The notes under the pieces were generated by a model, which searched no databases, had not been told where the DNA came from, and saw only the letters and a list, made by a program, of their open reading frames with translations. Shown one piece after another: positions 25,338 to 33,293 of a stretch of 55,446 bases of DNA. The position numbers and the translations under genes are program-made. Source of the DNA: Thermoplasmata archaeon M9B1D (GTDB lineage Archaea > Thermoplasmatota > E2 > DHVEG-1); assembly GCA_002900535.1 (NCBI GenBank), contig MUGC01000005.1, positions 1 through 55,446 of the forward strand, written 5' to 3'. Every line of letters starts with the position of its first letter. Position 1 is the first letter of the stretch.

Positions 25338-28123
25338 TCAAGACCAGTTTTAACATTTTTAGATTTTCCATAAGCATACTCAAGTTTTTGAGTTGGATCA
25401 AATAAATCAAAACCAGTTGCAACAACAATAGCACCAACATCAAGTTCAACGATTTCTTCTTTCATATCATGGCATATTGCTCCCGCTTCACAAGTATTAA
25501 CACACTCGTAACATTCTGAGCAGCCACCACAGTTAAGACAACGCCTCGCTTCTTCTATTGCTTCTTCTTCAGAATAACCCAACTCTACTTCTTTGAAATT
25601 TTTGATTCTTTCTTTAACTGGAAGATACCTCATTGGAACCATATGTTTCTTTCTCAAACCTTCAACCGAAGGTTTTGCAATTTCAGGTTTTTCTTCACGT
25701 CCTTCTCTTAAGTCTTTTCCGTTGATATATCTATCAATGCTATCTGCTGCTCTTTTCCCAGCACCAATTGCTTCAATAACAGTTCCAGCACCCCAAACCG
25801 CGTCACCACCACTAAAAACACCTTCGATGTTTGTTTCAAGAGTAACAGGATCAGAATGAATAGTATCCCATTTTGTTAATTTTAAATCATCAAATTCATT
25901 TTTTGGAAAAGCAACAGGAACAACCTTTTTAGAACTCCATCGAGTCATTTCTAAATCAATTTCTTTAGATAAAAAATCAGTATCTAATTCTTGTCCAATT
26001 GCGAGGATAATGCTGTCTGCTCTTATTTTAAATTCAGAATCGAGAATTGGCTTGACCTTTCGTCTTCCACTTGTATCTTTTTCATCAAGAAGTTGCATTC
26101 TGATACATTCAACCTCTTTAACATTACCGTTTTTATCACCGACTACCCTAGTTGGTGCAACAAGATATACAAGTTTAACTCCTTCTTTTTCTGTTTCATC
26201 GATTTCCCAATCTGGTTCTGCTGGCATTTCTTCACGAGTACGACGATATAAAATAGAAACATCATTTGCCCCTAAACGTATAGCAGAACGAGCGGCATCT
26301 AAAGCTGCATTACCACCACCGATGACTAATACTTTTTTACCTATTTTTGGAGATAAATCTCTAAAACCTGATAACTTAATTGCTTTAGATGGACAAACTG
26401 ATGCGCATTTTCCACAGCCTCTACAAAGATATTTCTTATAAATCTGAGGATTTTTTTTCTTTGGATTTTTCGTATCCGGTTTTGTTTTAATTACTCCGTA
26501 ATAACAAACTTCTTCACATTTTCCACATCCTATACAGAGATTTTCGTTAATCTCAACAAGAGACGACGTAATAACTCGACCTAGATTTATATCTTTTAAA
26601 AAATCTATAGCCTGAAAAACGCCATTTAAATCTTCACCAGGGATATTCATCTTTTTGCCTTTTTGAGCACCTATTGATAAGAAAACGGATTTAAATCCAC
26701 GATTAAACAAATCTTGCAGAGTAAAATCTTTACCAAGCGCTGTATTAAGATGAACCTGTACTCCAAGTGCTAAAATATCAGAAATCTCTCGCTCAAGAAT
26801 TTCTTTAGGAAGCCTGAATGCTGGAATTCCAAAACGCATCATTCCTCCAAGTACTGATGCTGCCTCAAAGATAGATACGTGATACCCTTTTAATGCTAAA
26901 TCATGAGCACAGGTAAGACCTGCAGGTCCTCCACCAACTATAGCTATTTTTTCTGCTCTTGTCTCAATTGGAGGAATCTCTATAGCTGGAATCTTTAGCT
27001 CTAAATCACCAACAAATCTTTTAATATGTGCAATTTGGATAGGATCATCAAGATCTTTACGAGTACAAGCTTCTTCACATGGTCTATGACATATGCGACC
27101 ACAAATTGATGGAAAAGGTAGACGTTCCTTAATAACCCTGAGAGCTTCATAGAATTTCCCACGACCTACAAGAGTAACATAACCAGGAGCACCAACGCCC
27201 GCGGGACATACATCTCTACAAGGGTGCTTACCACGTTTATCAATCGTAGCTTTAAGAGGTACCGCCTGTGGAAAAGGAGTATATATAGCATGTCTAGTAC
27301 CATAGCCCTCATCAAATTCATTTGGTAATTCAACAGGACAGCCATTAAAGCACTCACCACAGCCTGTACATTTCTCCATATCGACATATCTTGGCTTCTT
27401 TTTCACTTTAACTTTAAAGTTACCAACGTAACCCTCAACACTTTCAATTTCGGAATAAGTCAATAATTCAACATTACAATGACGAGCAACATCAACCATT
27501 TTAGGAGTTAAAATACAAGCAGAGCAATCCATAGTTGGAAAAGTCTTATCAAGCTGAGCCATATGACCACCAATGCTTGGTGATCGTTCAACAAGATAAG
27601 TTTTAAAACCCATATTACCTATATCAATTGCTGCTTGAATACCAGCAATACCACCACCAACAACCAGAGCAGCAGGTGTTACACCAACTGTCTTTTTTTC
27701 AAGTGGTTTTAAAAGACCTACTTTAAAAACAGCACTTTGAACAAGTGATTTTGCTTTTTCTGTTGCTTCTTCCTTATTTTTATGAACCCAACTACATTGC
27801 TCACGAATATTTACCATCTCAAGGCAATATTCATTTAAACCCATATCTTTGAGTACTTTTCTAAATGTTGGTTCATGCATACGAGGAGAGCAACTTGCTA
27901 CAACAACCCGATCAAGTTTTAACTCTTTTATATCTTTTTTAATGAGTTCTTGCCCTGGATCAGAGCACATATACTTGTAAAATCTACTAACAGCAACATA
28001 TGGTAGTCTTTTTACATGTTCTACAACTTTTTCAACATCAACTGTTGCCGCAATATTGATTCCACATTCACAAACATATGCTCCAATTCGCAAATCACTT
28101 GCCTCCCTTGCTTTTATGAGCAA
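25304..28123 (-). CDS. hdrA: 5' segment of an interrupted HdrA::NfnB/GltD-like fusion (HdrA N-domain and FAD core, nested GltD-like module carrying its own inserted ferredoxin)
   Basis: 939-aa ORF.
- IGAYVCECGINIA (HdrA N-domain), VVGGGIAGIQAA, DKTFPTMDCSAC, CTGCGECFNGCPV.
- The GltD-like module follows, aa ~299-860 (LPFPSICGRICHRPCEEAC, IAIVGGGPAGLTCA, VIGGGNAALDAARSAIRLGA..YRRTREEMPA), with an extra CIGCGKCEEVC..CRGCGKCASVCP insert.
- The sequence then reads CLNCGGCSECYECVNTCEAGAI.
- The likely true start is TTG 28093 (LRIGAY aligns with MKIGVY of the paralog), 8 nt after GGGAGG and 1 nt after the upstream stop. Confidence 0.8.
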   Translation of the reverse strand: MLIKAREASDLRIGAYVCECGINIAATVDVEKVVEHVKRLPYVAVSRFYKYMCSDPGQELIKKDIKELKLDRVVVASCSPRMHEPTFRKVLKDMGLNEYCLEMVNIREQCSWVHKNKEEATEKAKSLVQSAVFKVGLLKPLEKKTVGVTPAALVVGGGIAGIQAAIDIGNMGFKTYLVERSPSIGGHMAQLDKTFPTMDCSACILTPKMVDVARHCNVELLTYSEIESVEGYVGNFKVKVKKKPRYVDMEKCTGCGECFNGCPVELPNEFDEGYGTRHAIYTPFPQAVPLKATIDKRGKHPCRDVCPAGVGAPGYVTLVGRGKFYEALRVIKERLPFPSICGRICHRPCEEACTRKDLDDPIQIAHIKRFVGDLELKIPAIEIPPIETRAEKIAIVGGGPAGLTCAHDLALKGYHVSIFEAASVLGGMMRFGIPAFRLPKEILEREISDILALGVQVHLNTALGKDFTLQDLFNRGFKSVFLSIGAQKGKKMNIPGEDLNGVFQAIDFLKDINLGRVITSSLVEINENLCIGCGKCEEVCYYGVIKTKPDTKNPKKKNPQIYKKYLCRGCGKCASVCPSKAIKLSGFRDLSPKIGKKVLVIGGGNAALDAARSAIRLGANDVSILYRRTREEMPAEPDWEIDETEKEGVKLVYLVAPTRVVGDKNGNVKEVECIRMQLLDEKDTSGRRKVKPILDSEFKIRADSIILAIGQELDTDFLSKEIDLEMTRWSSKKVVPVAFPKNEFDDLKLTKWDTIHSDPVTLETNIEGVFSGGDAVWGAGTVIEAIGAGKRAADSIDRYINGKDLREGREEKPEIAKPSVEGLRKKHMVPMRYLPVKERIKNFKEVELGYSEEEAIEEARRCLNCGGCSECYECVNTCEAGAICHDMKEEIVELDVGAIVVATGFDLFDPTQKLEYAYGKSKNVKTGLEFVKKLYLFNV
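27860..27999. repeat. 140-nt tract 100% identical to 29774..29913 (5' parts of the tandem hdrA paralogs)
   Basis: Compared base by base by eye. It encodes YKYMCSDPGQELIKKDIKELKLDRVVVASCSPRMHEPTF in both genes. Confidence 0.85.
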
Positions 28124-29987
28124 CTATTCCATCTATTTGTGCGATAATTTGTTTAACAGCAAAATGTCTCATTGAAATCGCGCCAGACGGACACGTAGAT
28201 GCGCAAGAACCGCATCCTTTACACATAACTTCGTTTACTCGCATAACGCCTGCTTTTTCATCAAATTCAAGAGCAGAATAAGGACACATCCTTTCACAGA
28301 CTTTACATCCACTGCATAAATCTTCATTAATAGTAGATGTAATTGCTTCAACCTCAACTTTACCTTGTGCAAGCGGTTCAGATGCGCGAACTGCTGCACC
28401 ACTTGCTTGAGCAACAGCATCAGGAATATCCTTTGGCCCTTGGCAGCAGCCAGCAAGAAAGATTCCATCTGTAAATGTATCAACAGGTCTTAGCTTTGGA
28501 TGTGCCTCTAAAAAGAACCCATCACTACTTTGACTAATATTTAATACTCGTGAAAACTCTTTAGCATCTTCTTTTGGAACTAACCCTACTGCTAGAACTA
28601 CAAGGTCTGCCTCAATATCAGAATAACCCTTTGCCTTAACAACTGTTTTATCGGCATTCGTTACAACCTCGATTGGATCATCAAGTTCACGGCGGCGATA
28701 ATTAATATTTTCACCTTTAACACGGTTATAAAACTCTTCAAAGCCTTTTCCAAAAGCCCTGACATCCGTGTAATAAATTGTAAGATCTGCATCAGGGATT
28801 TTATCCCTGACCATATGAGCCTGCTTTGCTGTATACATACAACAAACACGACTACAGTACTCATTACCCTCTTTGTCACGGCTGCCTACACATTGAATAA
28901 ATACAACTTTTTTACCATTGAGTACATTTTCACATGTTCCGTAACCATACTTGGGTTTTGTAAGAGGATCAAAAATATCATAACCTGTAGCAACAACAAT
29001 AGTTCCAACATCGATTGTGATTATTTCTTCTTCTTGACTAAAATCTATTGCTTCACGGTCACATGCCTCTTTACATAAAGGATGATCTCCGCATTTCCCA
29101 CGTTTAACCATTAAACAATTATTTGGATCAATTGTATATTTCAAAGGAACTGCCTGAGGAAATGGGACATAAATTGCACTACGTTTGCTAAGTTTCATGT
29201 CAAACTCATTAGGAATTCTTCCATGAAGACGACATGATTCAGCACAAACCCCACATCCAACACATTTATCTATATCAACGTAACGTGGTTTCTTTTTAAT
29301 TTTTACTTTAAAGTTACCAATATAACCATCAATATTTTCAACTTCCGAATAAGAAAGCAATTCGATGTTTGGATGCCGAGCAACATCGACCATTTTAGGA
29401 GTCAAGATACAAGCAGAGCAATCCATAGTTGGAAAAGTCTTATCAAGCTGAGCCATATGACCGCCAATACTTGGAGATCGTTCAACAAGATAAGTTTTGA
29501 AACCTTTATCAGCAATCTCAAGTGATGCCTGAATACCGGCAATACCACCACCAATCACAAGAGCCTTTGGTATTACACTTACCTCTTTTTTCTCAAGGGG
29601 CTCAAGAAATTCAGCTCGGCAAACAGCACCAGTAATAAGTTCAATTGCTTTTTCAGTTGCTACATCCTTGTCTAAATGAACCCAACTACAATGCTCACGT
29701 ATATTTACCATTTCAAAAAAATAAGGGTTTAAACCTGCTTCTTCAACAGCGGCTCTAAATGTTGGTTCATGCATACGAGGAGAGCAACTTGCTACAACAA
29801 CCCGATCAAGTTTTAACTCTTTTATATCTTTTTTAATGAGTTCTTGCCCTGGATCAGAGCACATATACTTGTAAAATCTACTAACAGCAACATTTGGAAT
29901 TTTCTCAATTTCTTTTGCAACTTTTTCAACATCAACTGTTGCTGCGATGTTGATTCCACATTGGCAAGTATATACTCCGATCTTCAT
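28095..29987 (-). CDS. hdrA: HdrA (single-core, canonical domain order: N-domain, FAD core with inserted ferredoxin, C-terminal ferredoxin)
   Basis: 630 aa. Motifs KIGVYTCQCGINIA, VIGGGIAGIQAS, DKTFPTMDCSAC, CVGCGVCAESC, IQCVGSRDKEGNEYCSRVCCMY, CSGCKVCERMCP and CKGCGSCASTCP are present. It lacks ~26 residues present in the other in-window HdrA cores (see findings). Confidence 0.85.
   Translation of the reverse strand: MKIGVYTCQCGINIAATVDVEKVAKEIEKIPNVAVSRFYKYMCSDPGQELIKKDIKELKLDRVVVASCSPRMHEPTFRAAVEEAGLNPYFFEMVNIREHCSWVHLDKDVATEKAIELITGAVCRAEFLEPLEKKEVSVIPKALVIGGGIAGIQASLEIADKGFKTYLVERSPSIGGHMAQLDKTFPTMDCSACILTPKMVDVARHPNIELLSYSEVENIDGYIGNFKVKIKKKPRYVDIDKCVGCGVCAESCRLHGRIPNEFDMKLSKRSAIYVPFPQAVPLKYTIDPNNCLMVKRGKCGDHPLCKEACDREAIDFSQEEEIITIDVGTIVVATGYDIFDPLTKPKYGYGTCENVLNGKKVVFIQCVGSRDKEGNEYCSRVCCMYTAKQAHMVRDKIPDADLTIYYTDVRAFGKGFEEFYNRVKGENINYRRRELDDPIEVVTNADKTVVKAKGYSDIEADLVVLAVGLVPKEDAKEFSRVLNISQSSDGFFLEAHPKLRPVDTFTDGIFLAGCCQGPKDIPDAVAQASGAAVRASEPLAQGKVEVEAITSTINEDLCSGCKVCERMCPYSALEFDEKAGVMRVNEVMCKGCGSCASTCPSGAISMRHFAVKQIIAQIDGIVAHKSKGGK
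28771..28915. repeat. partner copy of 25189..25333
   Basis: Identical 145-nt string, offset 3582 nt. Confidence 0.85.
29774..29913. repeat. partner copy of 27860..27999
   Basis: Identical 140-nt string, offset 1914 nt. Confidence 0.85.
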
Positions 29988-29996
29988 ATTTATCCT

Positions 29997-30836
29997 TCAC
30001 ATTTCTCCTTTCAAATTCTTAAGTTGATCATATGAAAAAACTGGTCCGTCTTTACACACATAAAGATTTCCAATGTTGCAACGACCACATTTGCCTATTC
30101 CGCATTTCATTCTCATTTCAAGTGTTGTAAATATTTGGTCTTCAGAAAAACCAATCTTTAGTAAGTTTTGTATTACAAACTTAATCATAATAGGAGGTCC
30201 ACATGTAATTGCAATTGTATTTTTTGGAGAAGGTTTAATCTTAAGCAAATTATCTGGAACAAAACCGACAAACTTTTTCCAACCTTTTTCTTCTTTATCT
30301 ATTGAAAGGTGAACATTAACATCTTTTCTTTTTTCAAGTTCCTCGAACTCGGGTTTGAAACAAATATCATTTGTTGAACGTGCACCATAAATAACATCGA
30401 TTTTACCGTAATTTTTACGATTATCAACAACGTAGTTAATCAATGAGCGGAGTGGTGCCTGACCGATACCACCACCAATAAATACTAGATTTTTGCCCTC
30501 CCATCCTTTAACATCAAAATTGTTACCATAGGGACCTCGTACACCTAGAGTATCACCTATTTCACATTCATGTAACGCAGAGGTTACCTTACCAAGTTTC
30601 ATCACACTAACTTCAATGTATTCTTTTTTTGTAGGAGCCGAGGATATTGCAAAGAAACATTCACCAAAACCAAAATGTGAAACCATTATGCATTGACCTG
30701 GAAGATATGAAAAATTTTTTTTGATTTTGTCATCTTGAAATATTAAGCGGAGGGTTTTAATTGCCCTTTCGCCTGTATTTTCCTGAACGATTTTTTCAAT
30801 TTTTGCAAGCCATGGTTGATATGGATTTTCTGTTAT
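29997..30836 (-). CDS. FlxA/HydG/NfnA-family FAD/NAD(P)-binding [2Fe-2S] flavoprotein (extended N-terminus, apparent ATA start)
   Basis: The track ORF 29997..30686 starts mid-domain. The same frame is open 150 nt further upstream and encodes ITENPYQPWLAKIEKIVQENTGERAIKTLRLIFQDDKIKKNFSYLPGQCIM, homologous to the N-terminus of 17932..18762. The C-terminal MKCGIGKCGRCNIG..VCKDGPVF is present. Confidence 0.75.
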   Translation of the reverse strand: MTENPYQPWLAKIEKIVQENTGERAIKTLRLIFQDDKIKKNFSYLPGQCIMVSHFGFGECFFAISSAPTKKEYIEVSVMKLGKVTSALHECEIGDTLGVRGPYGNNFDVKGWEGKNLVFIGGGIGQAPLRSLINYVVDNRKNYGKIDVIYGARSTNDICFKPEFEELEKRKDVNVHLSIDKEEKGWKKFVGFVPDNLLKIKPSPKNTIAITCGPPIMIKFVIQNLLKIGFSEDQIFTTLEMRMKCGIGKCGRCNIGNLYVCKDGPVFSYDQLKNLKGEM

Positions 30837-31858
30837 GCTTTCACCTCTCTTGCTTGATCAATAATATCAATTATGTCAATGTTAACAGGACAATCATTAA
30901 TGCAACGACCACAACCAACACAAGCAATTATGTTATAGTTTTTAGGATAATAGTTAAACTTATGATACACACGGTTACGGGTTCTATTCATCCTCGCAGG
31001 TCGTGGATTATGACCTGAAGCATGTACAGTATATTCAGGGTTCATACATGTATCCCAAACACGAACACGGGCACCATCTGAAAGTGTTGTTTCATCCTGG
31101 ATGTCAAAGCAATGACACGTTGGACATTGATAAGTACATATTCCACAGCCTAAGCATTTCAATGAAATGTTTTTCCAAATAGGATCTTCAAATATTTTGT
31201 CAAGTTTTTCAACAATACCTTTTGTATTCATATTTCTTGTAATTGCTTTTTCTACTTTTTCGGAAATTTCCTGTTTTTTATTTTTATCTGAAGAAGAAGC
31301 TTTGGAAAACAAGTCTTTACTAGTTTTTACAACTTCGTTTCCTTTACTAGTTTTTATTTCGACATAATATTTATCACCAATATCTGTTAAAAGAATATCT
31401 ACATCCTCAGCAAATGCAGGTCCACCATTCATTGATGTACAGAAACAGTTAACGCCAGGTTTTATACAAGAAAGTCCAATAAGAACTGTATTTTCTCTTT
31501 TATTCATATAATACGGATCGACAAAATCGTCCTTAAACACAAAATCAACAATGGAAAAACTTTTTGCATCGCAAGGTCTAATTCCAAAAATCACATTTTT
31601 TGAATTTGGAAAATCAACAGATTTGACCTCTGCAGAAATACCTTGTTTAAATTTAAATAAAGTTTCAGTCTGGCAAAATAAAATAGATTTTGGTGACACC
31701 TTTGAATTTAAAAAATCAAGATTTATTTCTTTATAATCATTTATAGGTTTAAATAATGTAATATTATCACATTTTGTCGGTGCTAAAACTGTGTATCTTG
31801 ATTGAATTTTTTTAATTAGTTGAGGAAGTTTATTTTTTTCTAATGTTAACGTTTCCAT
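30833..31858 (-). CDS. FlxB/HydB/AsrA-family Fe-S protein
   Basis: 341 aa. It is a paralog of 16881..17930 (FGIRPCDAKS, CLGCGICTYQCPTCHC, CVGCGRCINDCP). Confidence 0.7.
   Translation of the reverse strand: METLTLEKNKLPQLIKKIQSRYTVLAPTKCDNITLFKPINDYKEINLDFLNSKVSPKSILFCQTETLFKFKQGISAEVKSVDFPNSKNVIFGIRPCDAKSFSIVDFVFKDDFVDPYYMNKRENTVLIGLSCIKPGVNCFCTSMNGGPAFAEDVDILLTDIGDKYYVEIKTSKGNEVVKTSKDLFSKASSSDKNKKQEISEKVEKAITRNMNTKGIVEKLDKIFEDPIWKNISLKCLGCGICTYQCPTCHCFDIQDETTLSDGARVRVWDTCMNPEYTVHASGHNPRPARMNRTRNRVYHKFNYYPKNYNIIACVGCGRCINDCPVNIDIIDIIDQAREVKA
30841..30847 (-). promoter_or_regulatory. Shine-Dalgarno GAGGTGA placed 4 nt upstream of ATA 30836..30834, which overlaps the upstream TAA as ATAA
   Basis: Reverse complement of 30833..30848: AGAGAGGTGAAAGCATAA. 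Confidence 0.5.
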
Positions 31859-31875
31859 ATTATTTTTTTCTCTCC

Positions 31876-32859
31876 CTAAAGTATGAATTCTTCTGGATCA
31901 TCCGGTTTAAACATAGATAAAAGTGGTTTTACATCAACATCTAGACCTGCTCTGTAGTCAAACAACTCAAGTACTTCTTTTTCTAGCTTTTTATTTAATT
32001 TAACTAAAGGAATCTCAGCGGGACATACTCTTTCACATTCACCGCAGTCAATACAACGACCAGCAAGATGAAAAGCTCGCATAATATTCCAAGCAGTGTT
32101 TTCTGAAACATTCACCGACCTGCGAATCCATTGAGGATTAAGTTGATCTACCATACATTCTTTACAATAGCACATAGGACAAACATTACGACAAGCATAA
32201 CAACGAATACATTTTTCAAACTGTTTTTCCCAGTATTCCCATTTTTCTTTTAAAGATTTTTTTTCAAAAGATTCAACGTCTTTATAATTGGGTTTACCGG
32301 TAGTTTTAATTTCAGACCCTACCAGTACATCATAAATAATCGGGTTAGGAAACTGGCATTGTTTGCATTTATCCATTAATAATTCTTCTTTTGGAACTTT
32401 GTGAGTTTTCCCGTCTATTTTAATTACAAAGTTATTTGCATCTTCATCGATATCTACAGTTTTTGTCTGATTTGGAAATTTTTTATTTATCTTTTTAGGA
32501 TCAATAACACCCGTGCAAGGAATCCCGATTATAACCACATCATCGCGATTCAAACCTTTTTCTTGGATGATTTGAACTATAGCCCGAGAATCACATCCTT
32601 TAACAATAACGCCAACTTTACGTTTATCTTCCTCTGCTCCTTTTCGCAAAGGTAGTTTTTCTTGAAGCATTAGAAAAACAGTAAGATTATGAACACATAA
32701 AGGATTGAAAATTAATCTTTCTACATCATCGGAGGATGTTATAAACAAAGGTGTAACCTGGAATCCATGTGTTCCTTTTTCCCAGCCGATTACGTATTTT
32801 ACATCATCGCGGTTTATGATTTTTTCTGTGCTTTCTCTAAGTTTTTTAAGGTCTACCAA
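31876..32859 (-). CDS. Fe-S oxidoreductase subunit, FlxC-like (2x[4Fe-4S])
   Basis: 327 aa. Motifs VKGCDSRAIV..IIGIPCTG, CIRCYACRNVCPMCYCKEC and CIDCGECERVCP are present. The call follows from its position between the MvhD-like and FlxB-like genes. Confidence 0.5.
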   Translation of the reverse strand: MVDLKKLRESTEKIINRDDVKYVIGWEKGTHGFQVTPLFITSSDDVERLIFNPLCVHNLTVFLMLQEKLPLRKGAEEDKRKVGVIVKGCDSRAIVQIIQEKGLNRDDVVIIGIPCTGVIDPKKINKKFPNQTKTVDIDEDANNFVIKIDGKTHKVPKEELLMDKCKQCQFPNPIIYDVLVGSEIKTTGKPNYKDVESFEKKSLKEKWEYWEKQFEKCIRCYACRNVCPMCYCKECMVDQLNPQWIRRSVNVSENTAWNIMRAFHLAGRCIDCGECERVCPAEIPLVKLNKKLEKEVLELFDYRAGLDVDVKPLLSMFKPDDPEEFIL

Positions 32860-33293
32860 GAATTCGACCTCCTTATCTGATGCGTTGGACCAAGTTTACG
32901 AATATCATCTGTTACTTCTCTGATTACATCTGCAAATTTTTTACCTTCTGCTGCTGACACCCAGGTCATACGAACTCTTCGTTCATCTATCCCTAGATAT
33001 TCAAGTAATTTTTTTAAAACAGCAATACGACGACGGGCAAAATAATTACCTTGAATATAATGACAATCACCCGGGTGACATCCACCTATTAATACCCCAT
33101 CAGCTCCCTCATGTAGAGCATTTACTATAAACATAGGGTTAACACGACCAGAACACATAACACGTATTATTTTCACATTTGGTGGATACTCTATTCTACT
33201 GGTACCTGCTAAATCAGCTCCAGCATAAGAGCACCAATTACATAAAAAAGCTACAATATTAGGCTCAAAACTATCTTTTGACATATGCTTCAA
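32853..33293 (-). CDS. mvhD: MvhD/FlxD-type [2Fe-2S] adaptor protein (copy 2)
   Basis: 146 aa. Motifs FLCNWCSYAGADLAGTSR, VMCSGRV and GGCHPGDCHY are present. It is close to 35677..36096 in sequence. Confidence 0.8.
   Translation of the reverse strand: MKHMSKDSFEPNIVAFLCNWCSYAGADLAGTSRIEYPPNVKIIRVMCSGRVNPMFIVNALHEGADGVLIGGCHPGDCHYIQGNYFARRRIAVLKKLLEYLGIDERRVRMTWVSAAEGKKFADVIREVTDDIRKLGPTHQIRRSNSW

Noticed and set aside
19838-25345. Selenocysteine or pyrrolysine recoding as the explanation for the split hydrogenase and hdrA genes, since Sec occurs in some methanogen HdrA/Vhu proteins.
   Set aside because: Both interruptions are true frame changes, not in-frame stops. The terminating codons are TAA and TAG in the wrong frame for continuation. 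No in-frame TGA aligns with a conserved Cys.
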